DNA of 32,000 nucleotides from Kiritimatiellaceae bacterium (lineage in GTDB: Bacteria > Verrucomicrobiota > Kiritimatiellia > Kiritimatiellales > Tichowtungiaceae), in assembly GCA_013141415.1 (NCBI GenBank), contig JABFQY010000003.1, positions 239,729 through 271,728 of the forward strand, written 5' to 3'. Positions within the stretch are counted from its first letter, which is position 1; each line of letters begins with the position of its first letter. The notes below the pieces were generated by a model. That model saw only the letters and a program-made list of their open reading frames with translations, did not search any database and was not told the origin of the DNA. The position numbers and the translations under genes were made by a program. This document shows, piece after piece, positions 31,399 through 32,000 of the stretch.

Positions 31399-32000
31399 CT
31401 ACAGCGCCGGTTTGTGCTTATACTTCGTGTGCAGCAGGTGATGCGATTTTTCGCCGAGCGGCGCGCCAAGGAATTCTTTATAGAGCTGCTGGACGGCTTC
31501 GTTTTCGTGCGATTTGCGCAGCGCCTTGCCTTCGTCTTCGGCATAGATGGCACCGATACGCTTCATGCGCACCGAGTCATCCGTCAATCGCGGCTGTCCG
31601 CCGCCGCCGATACACCCGCCGGGACAGGTCATGACTTCGATGAAGTGATAGCTCTTTTCGCCGCGCTTAATGCTTTCAAGCAACCGGCGGACATTGGCCA
31701 GTCCGTGGGCGACCGCCAGCTTCACTTCAACACCTTCGAGGAACGACCACGCCGGAACAGTGCCGGTTATAACGACAGAAGCTTCTTTGATTCCTTCGAG
31801 TCCGGCGACCGGCTTGACGTGCAGATTTTCCATCGGCAACGTGCGTCCGGTGACGATTTCGTAAGCCGTCCGCAAGGCCGCTTCCATGACGCCGCCGGTG
31901 TTGGCAAAAATATCCGCCGCGCCGGAGCCGAGTCCAAGCGGGGCATCCATTTTTTCGTCTTCGAGCGACATGAAGTCAATCCCGGCCTCTTTAATCATCC
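31399..32000 (-). CDS. hydA: [FeFe]-hydrogenase catalytic subunit, C-terminal part. The 5' end lies outside the window.
   Basis: H-cluster motif MTCPGGCIGGGGQP, upstream ANTGGVMEAALRTAYE, and a C-terminal small-subunit-like tail (RIGAIYAEDEGKALRKSHENEAV..LY.EFLG.PLGEKSHHLLHT.Y). Confidence 0.9.
   Translation of the reverse strand, partial: MIKEAGIDFMSLEDEKMDAPLGLGSGAADIFANTGGVMEAALRTAYEIVTGRTLPMENLHVKPVAGLEGIKEASVVITGTVPAWSFLEGVEVKLAVAHGLANVRRLLESIKRGEKSYHFIEVMTCPGGCIGGGGQPRLTDDSVRMKRIGAIYAEDEGKALRKSHENEAVQQLYKEFLGAPLGEKSHHLLHTKYKHKPAL

Noticed and set aside
31242-31634. Two ~100-aa ORFs (31242-31553 minus, 31302-31634 plus) spanning the hydA 3' end and its terminator.
   Set aside because: They overlap the confidently called hydA frame and the terminator hairpin. 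Their products are Arg/Ser/Pro-rich with no motifs, so they are probably spurious.
1-32000. A search for CRISPR arrays, tRNA/rRNA genes, transposases, integrases and prophage genes.
   Set aside because: I found no regularly spaced repeats, no tRNA-like T-arm/acceptor combinations and no recombinase-like ORFs in any frame. GGATTCGAAC at ~23354 lies inside the O-antigen-ligase-like CDS and lacks the rest of a tRNA.

Overview
A 32-kb chromosomal window of roughly 55-62% GC by hand counts. It comes from an anaerobic, glycan-degrading bacterium. The gene content (giant secreted glycoside hydrolases, a Cys-type sulfatase, an [FeFe]-hydrogenase, an LptF/G permease) suggests a PVC-type lineage such as Kiritimatiellota, Lentisphaerota or Verrucomicrobiota, but this is inference only. 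I support about 32 protein-coding genes. In order they are: (1) a sulfated-glycan degradation block, comprising a CBM-tailed partial gene, a ~1700-aa GH2-like enzyme, a 906-aa CBM+clan-GH-A-like enzyme and a sulfatase; this block is interrupted by (2) and by an aspartase-like lyase. (2) A sulfur-carrier cluster with a MoaD-like Ubl, a MoeB/ThiF-like E1 and a ThiS-ThiF fusion. (3) A seven-gene, translationally coupled ars operon: arsR, an ArsP-like permease, two thioredoxin-fold proteins, CcdA, arsC and acr3. (4) Housekeeping genes: lptF/G, folD, DUF167, a LOG-family gene, a YfcE-like gene, argC and DUF454. (5) An exopolysaccharide-type block: an O-antigen-ligase-like gene, GT4, an ExeA-like ATPase, a GspB-like gene and a convergent GT-C glycosyltransferase. 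(6) The 3' end of an [FeFe]-hydrogenase gene plus a TM1266-like small ACT regulator. I recognised no rRNA, tRNA, CRISPR array, transposase or integrase. The best candidate for an undescribed system is a ~1.6-kb low-GC, two-gene cassette at about 29.5-31.1 kb. It encodes a standalone ComEC-type metallo-beta-lactamase-fold hydrolase tightly coupled to a small 4-TM protein, and it sits between the hydrogenase gene and its putative regulator. Secondary leads are the thiol-redox module inside the ars operon, the twin-E1/Ubl cluster with no acceptor enzymes, and a 150-bp nested inverted-repeat element anchored on two convergent stop codons. All homology statements come from motif recognition by eye, not from searches.
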